64,000 nt of DNA from a bacterium (GTDB lineage: Bacteria; Zhuqueibacterota; Zhuqueibacteria; Residuimicrobiales; Krinioviventaceae): positions 2,080,001 to 2,144,000 of the forward strand of contig CAXXMD010000003.1 in assembly GCA_963675755.2 (NCBI GenBank). The letters run 5' to 3'. Position numbers and translations under genes: made by a program. Of this stretch, positions 39,292 through 49,891 are shown in pieces. Position 1 is the first letter of the stretch; each line of letters begins with the position of its first letter. Below the pieces are notes generated by a model that had not been told where the DNA came from, did not search any database, and worked only from the letters and a program-made list of their open reading frames with translations.

Positions 39292-41487
39292 ATGTCTGAC
39301 AGTGCAACATCAAGATATCAAGCTTTGATGGAAATTGCTTCGCGGAATTCAGTAGCTTACGAACCCAGAGAAAAAGAAAATGCCAAAGTGTTTAACGAAA
39401 ACACCTTTAATGAAGAGGTAATGCGTGAACGTTTACCCAAAGATGTTTACAAGAAATTGCGCAATACCATCAAAACAGGTGAAAAGCTTGATCTAAGTAT
39501 CGCGAATACTGTTGCTCATGCCATGAAAGAATGGGCAATTGAAAAAGGCGTTAGTCATTTTACACACTGGTTCCAGCCGCAAACCGGATTGACCGCTGAA
39601 AAGCATGATGCCTTTTTGGAACTGGATGATGATAAAGTTGTAGAACGTTTCCGCGGAAACCAGTTGGTACAGGGTGAGCCGGATGCGTCTTCTTTTCCCA
39701 GTGGTGGTTCAAGAACTACTTTTGAAGCCCGTGGTTATACCATGTGGGACCCCTCCAGTCCTGCATTTATTGCAGAAGGACCCAGAGGCGGTATTTTGTG
39801 TATTCCTTCGGTATTTATCAGTTATACCGGTGAAGCTCTTGATAAAAAGACCCCGCTGCTTCGTTCAATGGAAGCTATTTCCACTTCTGCGTTAAAAGTA
39901 TTGAAATTGTTCGGTAGTGAAGCTACACGTGTTGTAACCACTATTGGAACAGAACAGGAATATTTTTTAATTGATAAATCTTTTTATAACCTGAGACCCG
40001 ACCTGCAGTTGACCGGCCGTACCCTGGTAGGCGCACAGCCGCCAAAAGGTCAGCAGTTGGACGATCACTATTTTGGTTCTATCAAAGAACGCGTGCTTGC
40101 ATTTATGCAGGATGCTGAAACTCAACTTTATAAGCTGGGAGTGCCCGCTAAAACACGTCACAACGAAGTGGCACCGCACCAGTACGAACTCGCTCCGATT
40201 TTTGCCGAAGCCAATGTGGGTTCAGACCGTAACCAGATGATCATGGAAGTTTTGAAAAAAGAAGCAAATCGACATGGTCTTGCATTACTGCTGCATGAAA
40301 AACCCTTTGCAGGAATCAATGGAAGCGGTAAGCACAACAACTGGTCAATGGCTGATTCTAATGGCAACAACTTGTTGGATCCCGGTGATACTCCGGAACA
40401 GAACCTGCAGTTCCTGGTATTCCTGGTATCAACCTTGCGTGCTGTTTATACCCATGGTGATCTGTTAAGAATGTCTATTGCTTCTGCCGGAAACGATCAT
40501 CGTTTGGGTGCTAATGAAGCGCCACCCGCAATTATCTCTGTATTCCTGGGTGAACGCTTGAGTGAAATTTTGGATGCTATTAAAGAAGGCAAGAGTGCCA
40601 AAGCAGCTGATGATTATATCATCGATCTTGGCCTTTCCAAATTACCTTCTGTTATTCGTGACAATACAGACCGTAACCGTACTTCTCCATTTGCGTTTAC
40701 CGGACAGAAATTTGAATTCCGCGCTATTGGTTCAAGTGCTTCTGTTTCATTGGCAAACACTGTACTGAGTGCCGCTGTTGCTGATTCAATTGATTTGATT
40801 TATGATGAAATTTCTAAACTGGTTTCTGGCGGTTCCGAGTTAAAAGATGCTGTATTAAAAGTACTGCAGAAATATGTTATTGAAACTGAACCCATTCGTT
40901 TTGAAGGTAACAACTATAGTGAAGAATGGGCAAAAGAAGCAGAAAAACGCGGATTACCAAACATTAAACGTACCGCTTATGCTTTGGATGCTTTTGTTAA
41001 AAAAGAAAATATGGAATTGTTGGAACGTCAAAAAATTTACTCAAAACGAGAAATTGAAGGACGTTACAATACAAAACTTGAACAATATGTTACCGCTTTG
41101 GAAATTGAATCCGAAACCTTTTTGAACATTGCATATACAATGATTCTGCCGGCCGCATTGGGTTACAAAGCTCAGTTGATTGATACGGTTAAAGGTATTA
41201 AAGAGCTGGATACCTTGCTGCCAAAAGGTTCGGCAAAAACCGAAGTTGAATTGTTGAAAACAGTTATCAGTGATATTGATAAAATCGAAAGTGGATGCAA
41301 AGACATTAAATCTGCTCTTGAAAAAGCTGAAGAAATTGAAGATCTGGAAAAGAAGGCGAAATTTGTTGCTGATAATATTGTTGATTTGTTGAATGATGTA
41401 CGTGTGCCAATTGACGCTCTGGAAAAAATCGTTCCGGATAATGTATGGCCACTGCCTAAATATTCTGAAATGTTGTTTATTATGTAA
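39292..41487 (+). CDS. glnA: glutamine synthetase type III
   Basis: 731 aa; HWFQP.TG.TAEKHD, GEPDASSFP, HNEVAP.Q, HEKPFAG.NGSGKH, DRNRTSPFAF and WPLP.Y motifs. Confidence 0.95.
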   Translation: MSDSATSRYQALMEIASRNSVAYEPREKENAKVFNENTFNEEVMRERLPKDVYKKLRNTIKTGEKLDLSIANTVAHAMKEWAIEKGVSHFTHWFQPQTGLTAEKHDAFLELDDDKVVERFRGNQLVQGEPDASSFPSGGSRTTFEARGYTMWDPSSPAFIAEGPRGGILCIPSVFISYTGEALDKKTPLLRSMEAISTSALKVLKLFGSEATRVVTTIGTEQEYFLIDKSFYNLRPDLQLTGRTLVGAQPPKGQQLDDHYFGSIKERVLAFMQDAETQLYKLGVPAKTRHNEVAPHQYELAPIFAEANVGSDRNQMIMEVLKKEANRHGLALLLHEKPFAGINGSGKHNNWSMADSNGNNLLDPGDTPEQNLQFLVFLVSTLRAVYTHGDLLRMSIASAGNDHRLGANEAPPAIISVFLGERLSEILDAIKEGKSAKAADDYIIDLGLSKLPSVIRDNTDRNRTSPFAFTGQKFEFRAIGSSASVSLANTVLSAAVADSIDLIYDEISKLVSGGSELKDAVLKVLQKYVIETEPIRFEGNNYSEEWAKEAEKRGLPNIKRTAYALDAFVKKENMELLERQKIYSKREIEGRYNTKLEQYVTALEIESETFLNIAYTMILPAALGYKAQLIDTVKGIKELDTLLPKGSAKTEVELLKTVISDIDKIESGCKDIKSALEKAEEIEDLEKKAKFVADNIVDLLNDVRVPIDALEKIVPDNVWPLPKYSEMLFIM

Positions 41488-41493
41488 TTTCTC

Positions 41494-41527
41494 AAGCCCT
41501 TCCTGATTCAGGAAGGGCTTTTTTTTT
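41494..41527 (+). terminator. intrinsic terminator after glnA
   Basis: AAGCCCTTCCTG-ATT-CAGGAAGGGCTT plus a T run. Confidence 0.9.
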
Positions 41528-41682
41528 CTCTCATCCTGTAATTAACTCCCTCAAAACATTTAAATATGTCCTGACTTTGCGGATTGGACGTCTTAACCGG
41601 TAACAACAGACGTTTTTTACGTATAATCAATTATATTAAACTTAATAGATTTGTTTCTATTATCAACTTTTCAGGAAATATT

Positions 41683-42831
41683 ATGATGCAAAAAAAATAT
41701 TTTTACAGGATTGGAACGGTTATCATAATTTTGGTTGTGGGAATTGTTTCAATGGGCATATTGGGCTCAAATGAAATGCATAGCCAAAAAAGACCAACAA
41801 AACCCTCTGTACGTCTTGTTGAAACCACAGAGTTTTCATACCAGGACCATACAATAAAAATCAATGGTAATGGTTTGATAAAGTCAGCACGACAGCTGAA
41901 CGTTCTTTCAGAGGTGAATGGACAGGTTGTTTTTGCTGAAAATAATCTCAAGAACGGCACCTATGTTAAAAAAGATCAGTTGATTTTGAGTGTTGACACC
42001 CGGCAGCATGAGAATGATCTCTATGTGATGCGTTCAGCATTTATAAATGCTGTAGCCTCTATACTTCCTGATTTCAAGCTTGAAAATACAGACATCTATT
42101 CAAAATGGTACAATTATTTTCAGACTTTGAATATTCATCAAACTACACCCAATATTCCCGAAATTACAGACCCACGTGAAAAACTGCAAGTGAGCAGTAA
42201 CAATATTTTTAATGCCTATTACGCGATCAAGAACCAGGAAATCTTGCTTTCCAAATGCAAGATCAAAGCCCCGTTTGACGCCTTTATTATTTCAAATGGA
42301 GTTATGGAAAACAGTGTGATTTCGCAAGGGCAGCACCTGTTTGATTTGCAGGACGCGGTAAATCTTGAAGTTTCTGTGCCTCTATTAGTCCAGGAAGTAG
42401 AGATGTTGGATCTGCAAAATTCCCGCGTAAAAATCTATACACAGGAAAATCCCTTGTTATCAGTCTCCGGTAGAATCACCCGAAAAGCTAGCCAGTTGAA
42501 TGTTAATGCCCAAACCCTAAGTGTCTACGTTTCATTCCAGAACAAAGATTTGCTCGTTCCCTTTTTACCCGGAAATTATGTCAATGTTGAGTTTACCGGA
42601 CGTACATTTCATCATGCTGCGGCTGTTCCCAGAGAGTTGATAAATCGTGATAGTACGGTATATGTGATGCAGGATAGTGTTCTAGCACAATACAAGGTTG
42701 ATATTTTGTTTCAGCAAGAGGATGTTGCAATTTTAAAAGATACCCTGCCTGACAGTTTACGGCTGGTAACAACCCTGTTGCAAAAACCCGTTTTAGGTAT
42801 GCGTCTCCGTAACAGTTCAAATAACAGGTGA
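41683..42831 (+). CDS. RND efflux periplasmic adaptor (MFP)
   Basis: N-terminal TM; SEV.G.V, IKAPFD and LPG.YV motifs; upstream of the RND permease. Confidence 0.85.
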   Translation: MMQKKYFYRIGTVIIILVVGIVSMGILGSNEMHSQKRPTKPSVRLVETTEFSYQDHTIKINGNGLIKSARQLNVLSEVNGQVVFAENNLKNGTYVKKDQLILSVDTRQHENDLYVMRSAFINAVASILPDFKLENTDIYSKWYNYFQTLNIHQTTPNIPEITDPREKLQVSSNNIFNAYYAIKNQEILLSKCKIKAPFDAFIISNGVMENSVISQGQHLFDLQDAVNLEVSVPLLVQEVEMLDLQNSRVKIYTQENPLLSVSGRITRKASQLNVNAQTLSVYVSFQNKDLLVPFLPGNYVNVEFTGRTFHHAAAVPRELINRDSTVYVMQDSVLAQYKVDILFQQEDVAILKDTLPDSLRLVTTLLQKPVLGMRLRNSSNNR

Positions 42832-42838
42832 TAATGAT

Positions 42839-45800
42839 ATGAAAGCGTTAATACACTATTTTATAAAACATTCTGTTATCACAAACTGGATTATGCTGCT
42901 GATCTGCTTTGCGGGTATATTTGCTTTGTTTAATATTCAGCGACGTATTGATCCCCGGTTTGAGATTGAAGAAATAGAGGTTTACGTACCCTACCCGGGT
43001 GCATCTGCAATTGAGGTAGAAGAAGGCATTGTTATCAAGATTGAAGAACGATTAAGAGGCATGGAAGGTATTCTTGAAATCCGTTCTTCATCTACAGATG
43101 GCGGGGCAAGTATCAATATTGAAATGGCCCCGGATTACGATATGAATAAAGCATTACAAAAAGTCAAGAATGCTGTCAATTCAATCAACTCTTATCCTAC
43201 CGGTGCGGAAAAGCCTGTAATCTCACAAGAAGAACAATGGACCCGCGGGATTATGTTTAGTATTTACGGTCCTGATGATTTGTTCACTTTGAAGAAAATA
43301 GTCACCGAGTTCAGGGATGATTTACTGCGCACTGACGAGGTGTCTAATGTACAGATTTGGGGTTTGCCGGGGCGCGAGATTGTTATACATGTATCCCCAC
43401 TTGATCTTGAACGATACAAACTGACCATTGACGATATCTCTAATGCAATTCAAAACGCAAATATCAATATTTCATCCGGTTCGGTAGTGACCGACCGGGA
43501 ACAGATATTGATTCGTTCATACAACAAGTCGTATTATGTTGACGGCCTGGAGAATATTGAAATTGTATCAACAGTTGATGGCCAAAAAGTGTTGCTTTCA
43601 GATATTGCGCAAATTGTTGAGCAATGGCCGGAAAATGTTTTCTATTCAGAAAACAATGGTAAAAAGGCTGTGGCTTTTAATGTAATGTATAATAATAGTC
43701 AGGACGTTGTTGAAATAGTTGAAACTGCTGAACAACTGGCAAAAGAATATCAGGAAAAATATGATGGTTTGGTGCATTTTGATACTTTTATAAGAGAAAC
43801 CGATCAGCTGGAAGAACGCATAGACCTTATGACGCAAAATGGACTGCTGGGGCTTGTTTTGGTTCTGGTAATGCTTGGCATTTTTTTGAATTTAAGAATG
43901 TCATTCTGGGTGGCGTTGGGTATACCTGTTGCATTGCTTGGTATGTTTTTTACAATCTGGGTTTTGGGAATTTCCATCAATCAATACAGCTTGTTTGGAA
44001 TGATTATGGTGGTGGGAATTCTGGTTGATGATGGAATTGTAATTTCAGAAAGTATCTACACCCAATGGCAGGAATTTGGGAAAAAGCCGATTCAGGCCGC
44101 TATTGATGGCACCCTGGATGTTATAAAGCCGGTTATGATTTCAATTCTAACCACCATTGTTGCTTTTGTTCCGTATTACTTTTTTTATGGGTATATGGGA
44201 AAATATGTATGGCAGATGGCAACCGTCGTTATTGTATCTTTATTGTTTTCGATTATTGAAGCAGTTATTATTTTGCCCGCGCACTTGTCTCATTCACGGG
44301 CGCTACATCACCATGCTTCTGTTTCTTCTTTAAAACCAGTACAAAAAGGCCTGGACCGAGCCTCAAAAGGATTGCAGAATTTTTACAGTAAAGTATTAAA
44401 ACTTTCGTTAACAAATCGGTGGGCAATCTCTGCGCTGGTTGTAACAACCATATTGATCATGATTGGTTTATACCAGGGTGGGTATATTCGGTCTCAATTT
44501 TTTCCGGAACTTGAACCTCCCTATGCCAATTTGGAAGTTGTGCTACCCGCAGGTACTTCTGCCCAGGTCGCAGATAGACTGCGTGATGATTTGGTTAATA
44601 AAGTTCAGGCATTCGCTAAAGAATGGCAGCAAAAGACAAACAGCAATATATACCCCATAAGGAATTACAATTCGTGGATGGGTAGAGAAGGGATAACACT
44701 GTTTTTTGTTTTACCGGGTGCCGATGAGCGTGATTATACAATAGGCGAGTTTTCTGACGCATTGAGTGAATATATAGGAGATGTACCCGAGGCTGAAAAT
44801 ATAATAACCGGTGGGTACAGCTTTGGTGGATCACCGGTAAATGTTCGGTTTACAAGTCCGCACATGGAGCAGCTGCACAAGGCTAAAGATTTGTTAAAAG
44901 AGGCTCTGCGAAATATTGATGGCGTACGGGATATTCGTGATGACACGCCACTGGGTAGTAACGAGTTTGTGGTTGAATTAAAGCCGGAAGGCAAGGCCCT
45001 GGGATTCACATTGCTGGATTTAACGCGTCAATTAAGACAGGGATTTTATGGTGAAGAAGTAATGCGTTTACAGCGAGGCAGGGATGAGGTGAAAATCTGG
45101 GTTCGGTTCGATAAAAAGCACAGAATGGCGGTTAGCCAGATCGAAAACCTAAAAGTCCGGACTCCGGGTGGAGAGTTTGTTCCCTTTAAAAAAGTAGCGG
45201 ATTATCATATTGAACGAGGAATAAACCGGATACGACATGAAAATGGAGAGCGTTCTGTAACCGTATTTGCTGATCTGGATTATGATAAAAATGATCTGGG
45301 AGTGGTATTGCAGGAATTGAACTCAAAGATCATTCCGGATATTTTAACACAGGTAGAGGGTGTGAACCGAAGCTACGGCGGGCAGGCTGAAGAAGTTAGC
45401 AAGATGGTAAACTCTGTCAAGTACTCGTTTTCCATAGCTTTTGTTGTCATGTTTACAATATTGATGTTTTTATTAAAGTCATATATGCAGACGATTCTGG
45501 TGATGACTTTGATACCACTGGGTTTGGTTGGTGCTACAATTGGCCACCTCATTTTGGGATTACCCTTGTCAATTGTCTCTTTTTTAGGAGCTATTGCCCT
45601 TGCAGGTATTATCATTAATGATTCTGTTGTACTGTTGGACAAGTATAACAAATTGTTAAAGTCCGGTGTGGATGTAGAGAAAGCTTTGCTGGAGGCGGGA
45701 AACACCCGATTCAGGCCCATAATATTGACGACTATAACAACTGCTGCGGGGCTGGCTCCAATGATACTTTTAAAAAGTGAGCAGGGTCAGTTTCTGGTCC

Positions 45801-45973
45801 CCATGGCTGTGTCTGTTGCTTTTGGTTTACTGTTCGGGACTTTTGTTACCCTGGTTATGCTGCCATCTGCATTATATGTGATCAGTGATTTACGGAAATT
45901 AATCAGGCCCCAGAAATCAAGATTGGATCTGGAGCCTGCCTATAAAGTTGAATATGTCAATATGGATGTGTAG
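42839..45973 (+). CDS. RND efflux permease (AcrB/AcrD/AcrF family)
   Basis: 1044 aa; YPGAS..EVE, GILVDDGIV and RFRPI.LTT.TT..GL.P motifs. Confidence 0.93.
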   Translation: MKALIHYFIKHSVITNWIMLLICFAGIFALFNIQRRIDPRFEIEEIEVYVPYPGASAIEVEEGIVIKIEERLRGMEGILEIRSSSTDGGASINIEMAPDYDMNKALQKVKNAVNSINSYPTGAEKPVISQEEQWTRGIMFSIYGPDDLFTLKKIVTEFRDDLLRTDEVSNVQIWGLPGREIVIHVSPLDLERYKLTIDDISNAIQNANINISSGSVVTDREQILIRSYNKSYYVDGLENIEIVSTVDGQKVLLSDIAQIVEQWPENVFYSENNGKKAVAFNVMYNNSQDVVEIVETAEQLAKEYQEKYDGLVHFDTFIRETDQLEERIDLMTQNGLLGLVLVLVMLGIFLNLRMSFWVALGIPVALLGMFFTIWVLGISINQYSLFGMIMVVGILVDDGIVISESIYTQWQEFGKKPIQAAIDGTLDVIKPVMISILTTIVAFVPYYFFYGYMGKYVWQMATVVIVSLLFSIIEAVIILPAHLSHSRALHHHASVSSLKPVQKGLDRASKGLQNFYSKVLKLSLTNRWAISALVVTTILIMIGLYQGGYIRSQFFPELEPPYANLEVVLPAGTSAQVADRLRDDLVNKVQAFAKEWQQKTNSNIYPIRNYNSWMGREGITLFFVLPGADERDYTIGEFSDALSEYIGDVPEAENIITGGYSFGGSPVNVRFTSPHMEQLHKAKDLLKEALRNIDGVRDIRDDTPLGSNEFVVELKPEGKALGFTLLDLTRQLRQGFYGEEVMRLQRGRDEVKIWVRFDKKHRMAVSQIENLKVRTPGGEFVPFKKVADYHIERGINRIRHENGERSVTVFADLDYDKNDLGVVLQELNSKIIPDILTQVEGVNRSYGGQAEEVSKMVNSVKYSFSIAFVVMFTILMFLLKSYMQTILVMTLIPLGLVGATIGHLILGLPLSIVSFLGAIALAGIIINDSVVLLDKYNKLLKSGVDVEKALLEAGNTRFRPIILTTITTAAGLAPMILLKSEQGQFLVPMAVSVAFGLLFGTFVTLVMLPSALYVISDLRKLIRPQKSRLDLEPAYKVEYVNMDV

Positions 45974-45975
45974 TG

Positions 45976-47967
45976 CTAGATTGCTTGCTGCACAACCAAA
46001 TCAATAGAAGCTGCTTTTAATGATTCCTGCAGGAATTTGTGTATCTCTCCATAATATTTATTATGGACCAGTGTTTCTTCAATCTTGACATTCATTGTTA
46101 TAACCAGATTGTTCTCATTTTGGGTAAAGTTGAAACTTGAATACATTTTGCCGGGACCCTGTATCTGTTTGTTTTCAAGCTCTGTAGCAAGTTTATAGTT
46201 TTCCGGGATTGTTATATTCCATTTCATCATGAATTGAAAGGGAGTTTTGAAATCAATATGATTGAAGCGAATAGGGGCCGTGAAATTTTCAATATAGTTG
46301 TTCAGGCAATGATTATGTAATTTGACTGTAAGTAAAGAATCTATCTTTTGTCCTGGGGATTTTGATTGTCCTGAAATTTCGAGGTTGATTCGTTGGTTTT
46401 CAAGAAAATTGTCGAGGTGTAATGATTCAATACTTGAATAACAATATTTTTGAAAAGTGTTATTTAATCGGGATTCTACTTCTGATCTCTCAATATCATA
46501 ATAGCGCGTTCTGAATTGCTCAGCTGCATATCCTTTCAGGATCAATGCGGTTTGGTCCTGGGAATTCATGTTTTCATCCCAGTGAATGTTGTGGGTTTCG
46601 CTGGTTATATTGTTACTTGAAAGGATGTTATCTTTGAGTTGGTGAAAAGTGCCGCCTTGTTTGTCGATTACAACAAATTCAACAGATTTGTCAAACCAGG
46701 GTGATGTGTAATCAAAGGGGATGCTGGAATCAAAATCATACAACTTTTCCTGTCCGCCAATATTTGTCAATACAGCCAATCTGTCAAACCATCGAATTGT
46801 GGGTACTGATTTTTCGAAATTACCTTCGCGTTTGTCTCTTAACCAGACAATGCTTGAGGGGATATCCCATTTTTCCAATATTTTGTACATTGCATATGCC
46901 ATGTCTGATGCGTCTGCTTTACCCTTGTCGAAAATGCTATTGATCTCGTCACTCAGCGGATAAATAGAATTATAGTCTTCCAGAACAATAGTTTGACGCA
47001 GTGCTTTATACAAGCTGTCTGTTAATGCATAGGTTTTGTCAGAATCCTGAATTGAATTGTCAAAGCCCAGCTTTTTCAAATTGCCGTTACTCACATTATC
47101 TTTTTGAATATAGTCTTTGTAAAATTCTTCACCACGTCTCTCCCAGTTGGCAAATGGATAGTCAGAAGGAGACCATTTGTCAATTACAAATGCGGTAATC
47201 AACGATTGAGAATCAAAGGGGAGAGAAAGGGGTTCGTCGTTTATGCCCCGTAAATTTTGTAATGACCAAAAGTAGGTTTTCCCTGCACCTGCTGCCTGTT
47301 TTTGATCTACAATCTCGGGTTGGCCAATCTGATCTTGAGGAAAACTGTAAAAGTTTGCTGTGGATGTAAAGGGTAAGGTTAAATAGAGATTGGAATAGAG
47401 TATAAAGTCCCGCTCCTGATATGTAAAGATAGCAGAGGAATATTTTGAAAATCTGTCTTGAAATCTGTATTCAAGTTGCAGGATATCACCCACACCCAGG
47501 TCAGGGATCTTTAGCAGTACTTTTCTTGCAAGTGGAATACCCATGCTGCTTTCCCGGGAAACTGTGGGTTTTACATAATCGTCAGGCATGGTCCAGACAT
47601 CACCATTTTCTTTTAACACCCGTACATTTATATTAAAGTAATTGGGTATTTCATCACCAAAAGATTCATGATATTTAAATTCAAAAGTGCCATAGCGTTC
47701 TACTGCTTTTTCATTAAACAGTTTTACCAGCATTATGTTATTTTTTGTTGTGCTGGTTCCTTTGAGTTCAACGCCCCTGTAATAATATTCAGCATCATGT
47801 ACGGTATAGCTCTGTTCTTTCAGAATGATTACTGCATCCATGTTTTTAAAATTTTCTGGCGTGAGTACTTTTTGCAGTTTTTCTTCCGGAAGGTTTCTGG
47901 CAAATTCCGCAGACACTGTGATTGTTGCCAAAACAAGCATTAATAGAAATGTGATTTTGAATTTCAT
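45976..47967 (-). CDS. DUF3857-domain secreted protein with degenerate transglutaminase-like domain
   Basis: AVIILKE and P.L.VGD.L..EY motifs; GKADASD where active homologs have GDC.D. Confidence 0.7.
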   Translation of the reverse strand: MKFKITFLLMLVLATITVSAEFARNLPEEKLQKVLTPENFKNMDAVIILKEQSYTVHDAEYYYRGVELKGTSTTKNNIMLVKLFNEKAVERYGTFEFKYHESFGDEIPNYFNINVRVLKENGDVWTMPDDYVKPTVSRESSMGIPLARKVLLKIPDLGVGDILQLEYRFQDRFSKYSSAIFTYQERDFILYSNLYLTLPFTSTANFYSFPQDQIGQPEIVDQKQAAGAGKTYFWSLQNLRGINDEPLSLPFDSQSLITAFVIDKWSPSDYPFANWERRGEEFYKDYIQKDNVSNGNLKKLGFDNSIQDSDKTYALTDSLYKALRQTIVLEDYNSIYPLSDEINSIFDKGKADASDMAYAMYKILEKWDIPSSIVWLRDKREGNFEKSVPTIRWFDRLAVLTNIGGQEKLYDFDSSIPFDYTSPWFDKSVEFVVIDKQGGTFHQLKDNILSSNNITSETHNIHWDENMNSQDQTALILKGYAAEQFRTRYYDIERSEVESRLNNTFQKYCYSSIESLHLDNFLENQRINLEISGQSKSPGQKIDSLLTVKLHNHCLNNYIENFTAPIRFNHIDFKTPFQFMMKWNITIPENYKLATELENKQIQGPGKMYSSFNFTQNENNLVITMNVKIEETLVHNKYYGEIHKFLQESLKAASIDLVVQQAI

Positions 47968-49760
47968 TGTACTTCCCCTTTAAAAAATTGAATTGTTTTA
48001 GTGAAATCGGTTTGTGCTGATTGAAAGGTTTTTATGAATTCATTTTTTGTAGATTCGGTAAAGGGCCCCGGATGTATATCCAAAGAATATAAAAGTTTGT
48101 TTTGTTTAGAGTCTTTGCGTTGATATCCCTTTACGTCGAGATTAATATTAACGCGATTGTAATAGGGATAATAGTATAGCGCATCTGAATCAATTTCCTG
48201 AATGTCTGCCGGAAACAGCATATTGAAAATTCTTGATAAATTGCTGATGTAAGAATCGTTGATATTGACAAAGCAATTCTGTATTGTCAAATCACAGATG
48301 AATTGAATCGTGGTATCATTATAAACCGGATTTAGAGAGTGTAGCCGGAAATTATCTGTAATATTTTTGTGCAGCCAGGAATTGATTCTTTCATAGTAAT
48401 CACTGGTGTTATAATATTTTTCACTGAATAGAAACGGGATGGCAAACTGGTCTGACAAGGTAAATGTAAATTGACCTGTCAAGTCATTGTCTTTGATTGT
48501 GACATCGCCTGAAATGTCAAGCAGGTTTGTTTGAACTTGATCGATAGTCTTGATTTCCGAGTTGTTTTTACGAATAACCAGTGCGGATTTGTTTATGAGA
48601 TCAATATTGGTGATATCAACTCTGCCTCGCCTGTTTGTTCCATCATACCAGATATCCTGTCCGTTATAATTATAATGAACCAGCATATGATTAAACTGCG
48701 ATACCGGAAAGTCGAAAAATTGGTTTTCCCGACCTCTGTAAACCAGGGCTAAATTCGCATCCAGATTCAGGCTTTTAGCAAGACTGAATATCAAAGATGC
48801 ATAGTCTTTACAATCTCCGTATTTATTATAGAGGATGGTATCAATATCGTGGGGAATGATCTCGCCTTTCTCTAAATAATCCTGTTCGTATCTGACTTTA
48901 TCACGGCACCACGAAACAATTGCATCCATTTTTTCTTTATCTGTGTTGCATTCTTTGGTAATTGCCTGGGCAAGGGGTTTTGATTGGTCAGAAACAAGTT
49001 TTGATTTTACAAGGTTGATGTATTGATCGCCAAAATCTTTCCAGGAAGGAGGCAGGCTGGATTCACTTGAACCTATCTGTGCAAGTATAGTGGGTTCAGT
49101 ATTGAGCGGTTCAAAAATATAATATGTGTCTTGCGGAGTAAAAGAGTTCCAGTGAAAAGTATATGTTTTTACTCCATCAACAATTTCTGTAGTGGGGGTT
49201 TTGGTGTCATTCTCTACTTGCCAGTGAAGTGATTGATTCGCTGGCATTTCGAATGAACAAGTAATGTTTGAGGCTTGTATCGGGATTTGCTCAAGAGAAA
49301 AATACAATCCCAGAAAAGGAGCGGCAAGCTCGTGTTCGGTAATTACTTCAATAAGGTCACCCGGCTTTATGTCTTTGTCAATAGGCGCTATATATACATT
49401 TGCCGTGGAAATTCTGCTTTTATTACTAAGCCCCATCCTTGAAAGGTCTTTGATGGTGCAGCTCTTAATGGTTTTGTTATTGTGGATGATTCTGGCATTA
49501 TATGAAATCAGTTTTTCAAACGAGCTGTCGTATACGTGAAAAAAATCGGGACTGGTATTTCTGTTGCTGCCCATTTGAAAGATGCTATGGGTTTTTTTGT
49601 ATACACTATTATCAACTCTAAATTGTTGATGGTAATAGACAATAACATTTTGATTGGACGGCTGGTTTGAGATTTGTTCAAGAATGGTATTGTCCAAAAA
49701 TTTTCCTGAACTGCAATTTAATACGAGCAATCCAATCGTCAAGAAAAATAGTTTTTTCAT
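47964..49760 (-). CDS. DUF3857 / transglutaminase-like lipoprotein
   Basis: Lipobox VLNC; VRY, YGDCKDYA, FNHM and WYDGT (Cys-His-Asp triad). Confidence 0.8.
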   Translation of the reverse strand: MKKLFFLTIGLLVLNCSSGKFLDNTILEQISNQPSNQNVIVYYHQQFRVDNSVYKKTHSIFQMGSNRNTSPDFFHVYDSSFEKLISYNARIIHNNKTIKSCTIKDLSRMGLSNKSRISTANVYIAPIDKDIKPGDLIEVITEHELAAPFLGLYFSLEQIPIQASNITCSFEMPANQSLHWQVENDTKTPTTEIVDGVKTYTFHWNSFTPQDTYYIFEPLNTEPTILAQIGSSESSLPPSWKDFGDQYINLVKSKLVSDQSKPLAQAITKECNTDKEKMDAIVSWCRDKVRYEQDYLEKGEIIPHDIDTILYNKYGDCKDYASLIFSLAKSLNLDANLALVYRGRENQFFDFPVSQFNHMLVHYNYNGQDIWYDGTNRRGRVDITNIDLINKSALVIRKNNSEIKTIDQVQTNLLDISGDVTIKDNDLTGQFTFTLSDQFAIPFLFSEKYYNTSDYYERINSWLHKNITDNFRLHSLNPVYNDTTIQFICDLTIQNCFVNINDSYISNLSRIFNMLFPADIQEIDSDALYYYPYYNRVNINLDVKGYQRKDSKQNKLLYSLDIHPGPFTESTKNEFIKTFQSAQTDFTKTIQFFKGEVQ

Positions 49761-49891
49761 CAAATCCCCAAATTGGTAAAAAAGCTAACAAGCTGATTTC
49801 CCCTAGCAAGTAGAGAACATTTATTAGTACCCCCAATTCAAAATTTTGCAGAAATTACTGCCCCAATTAATCCCCCTATGTGATTTGAATT

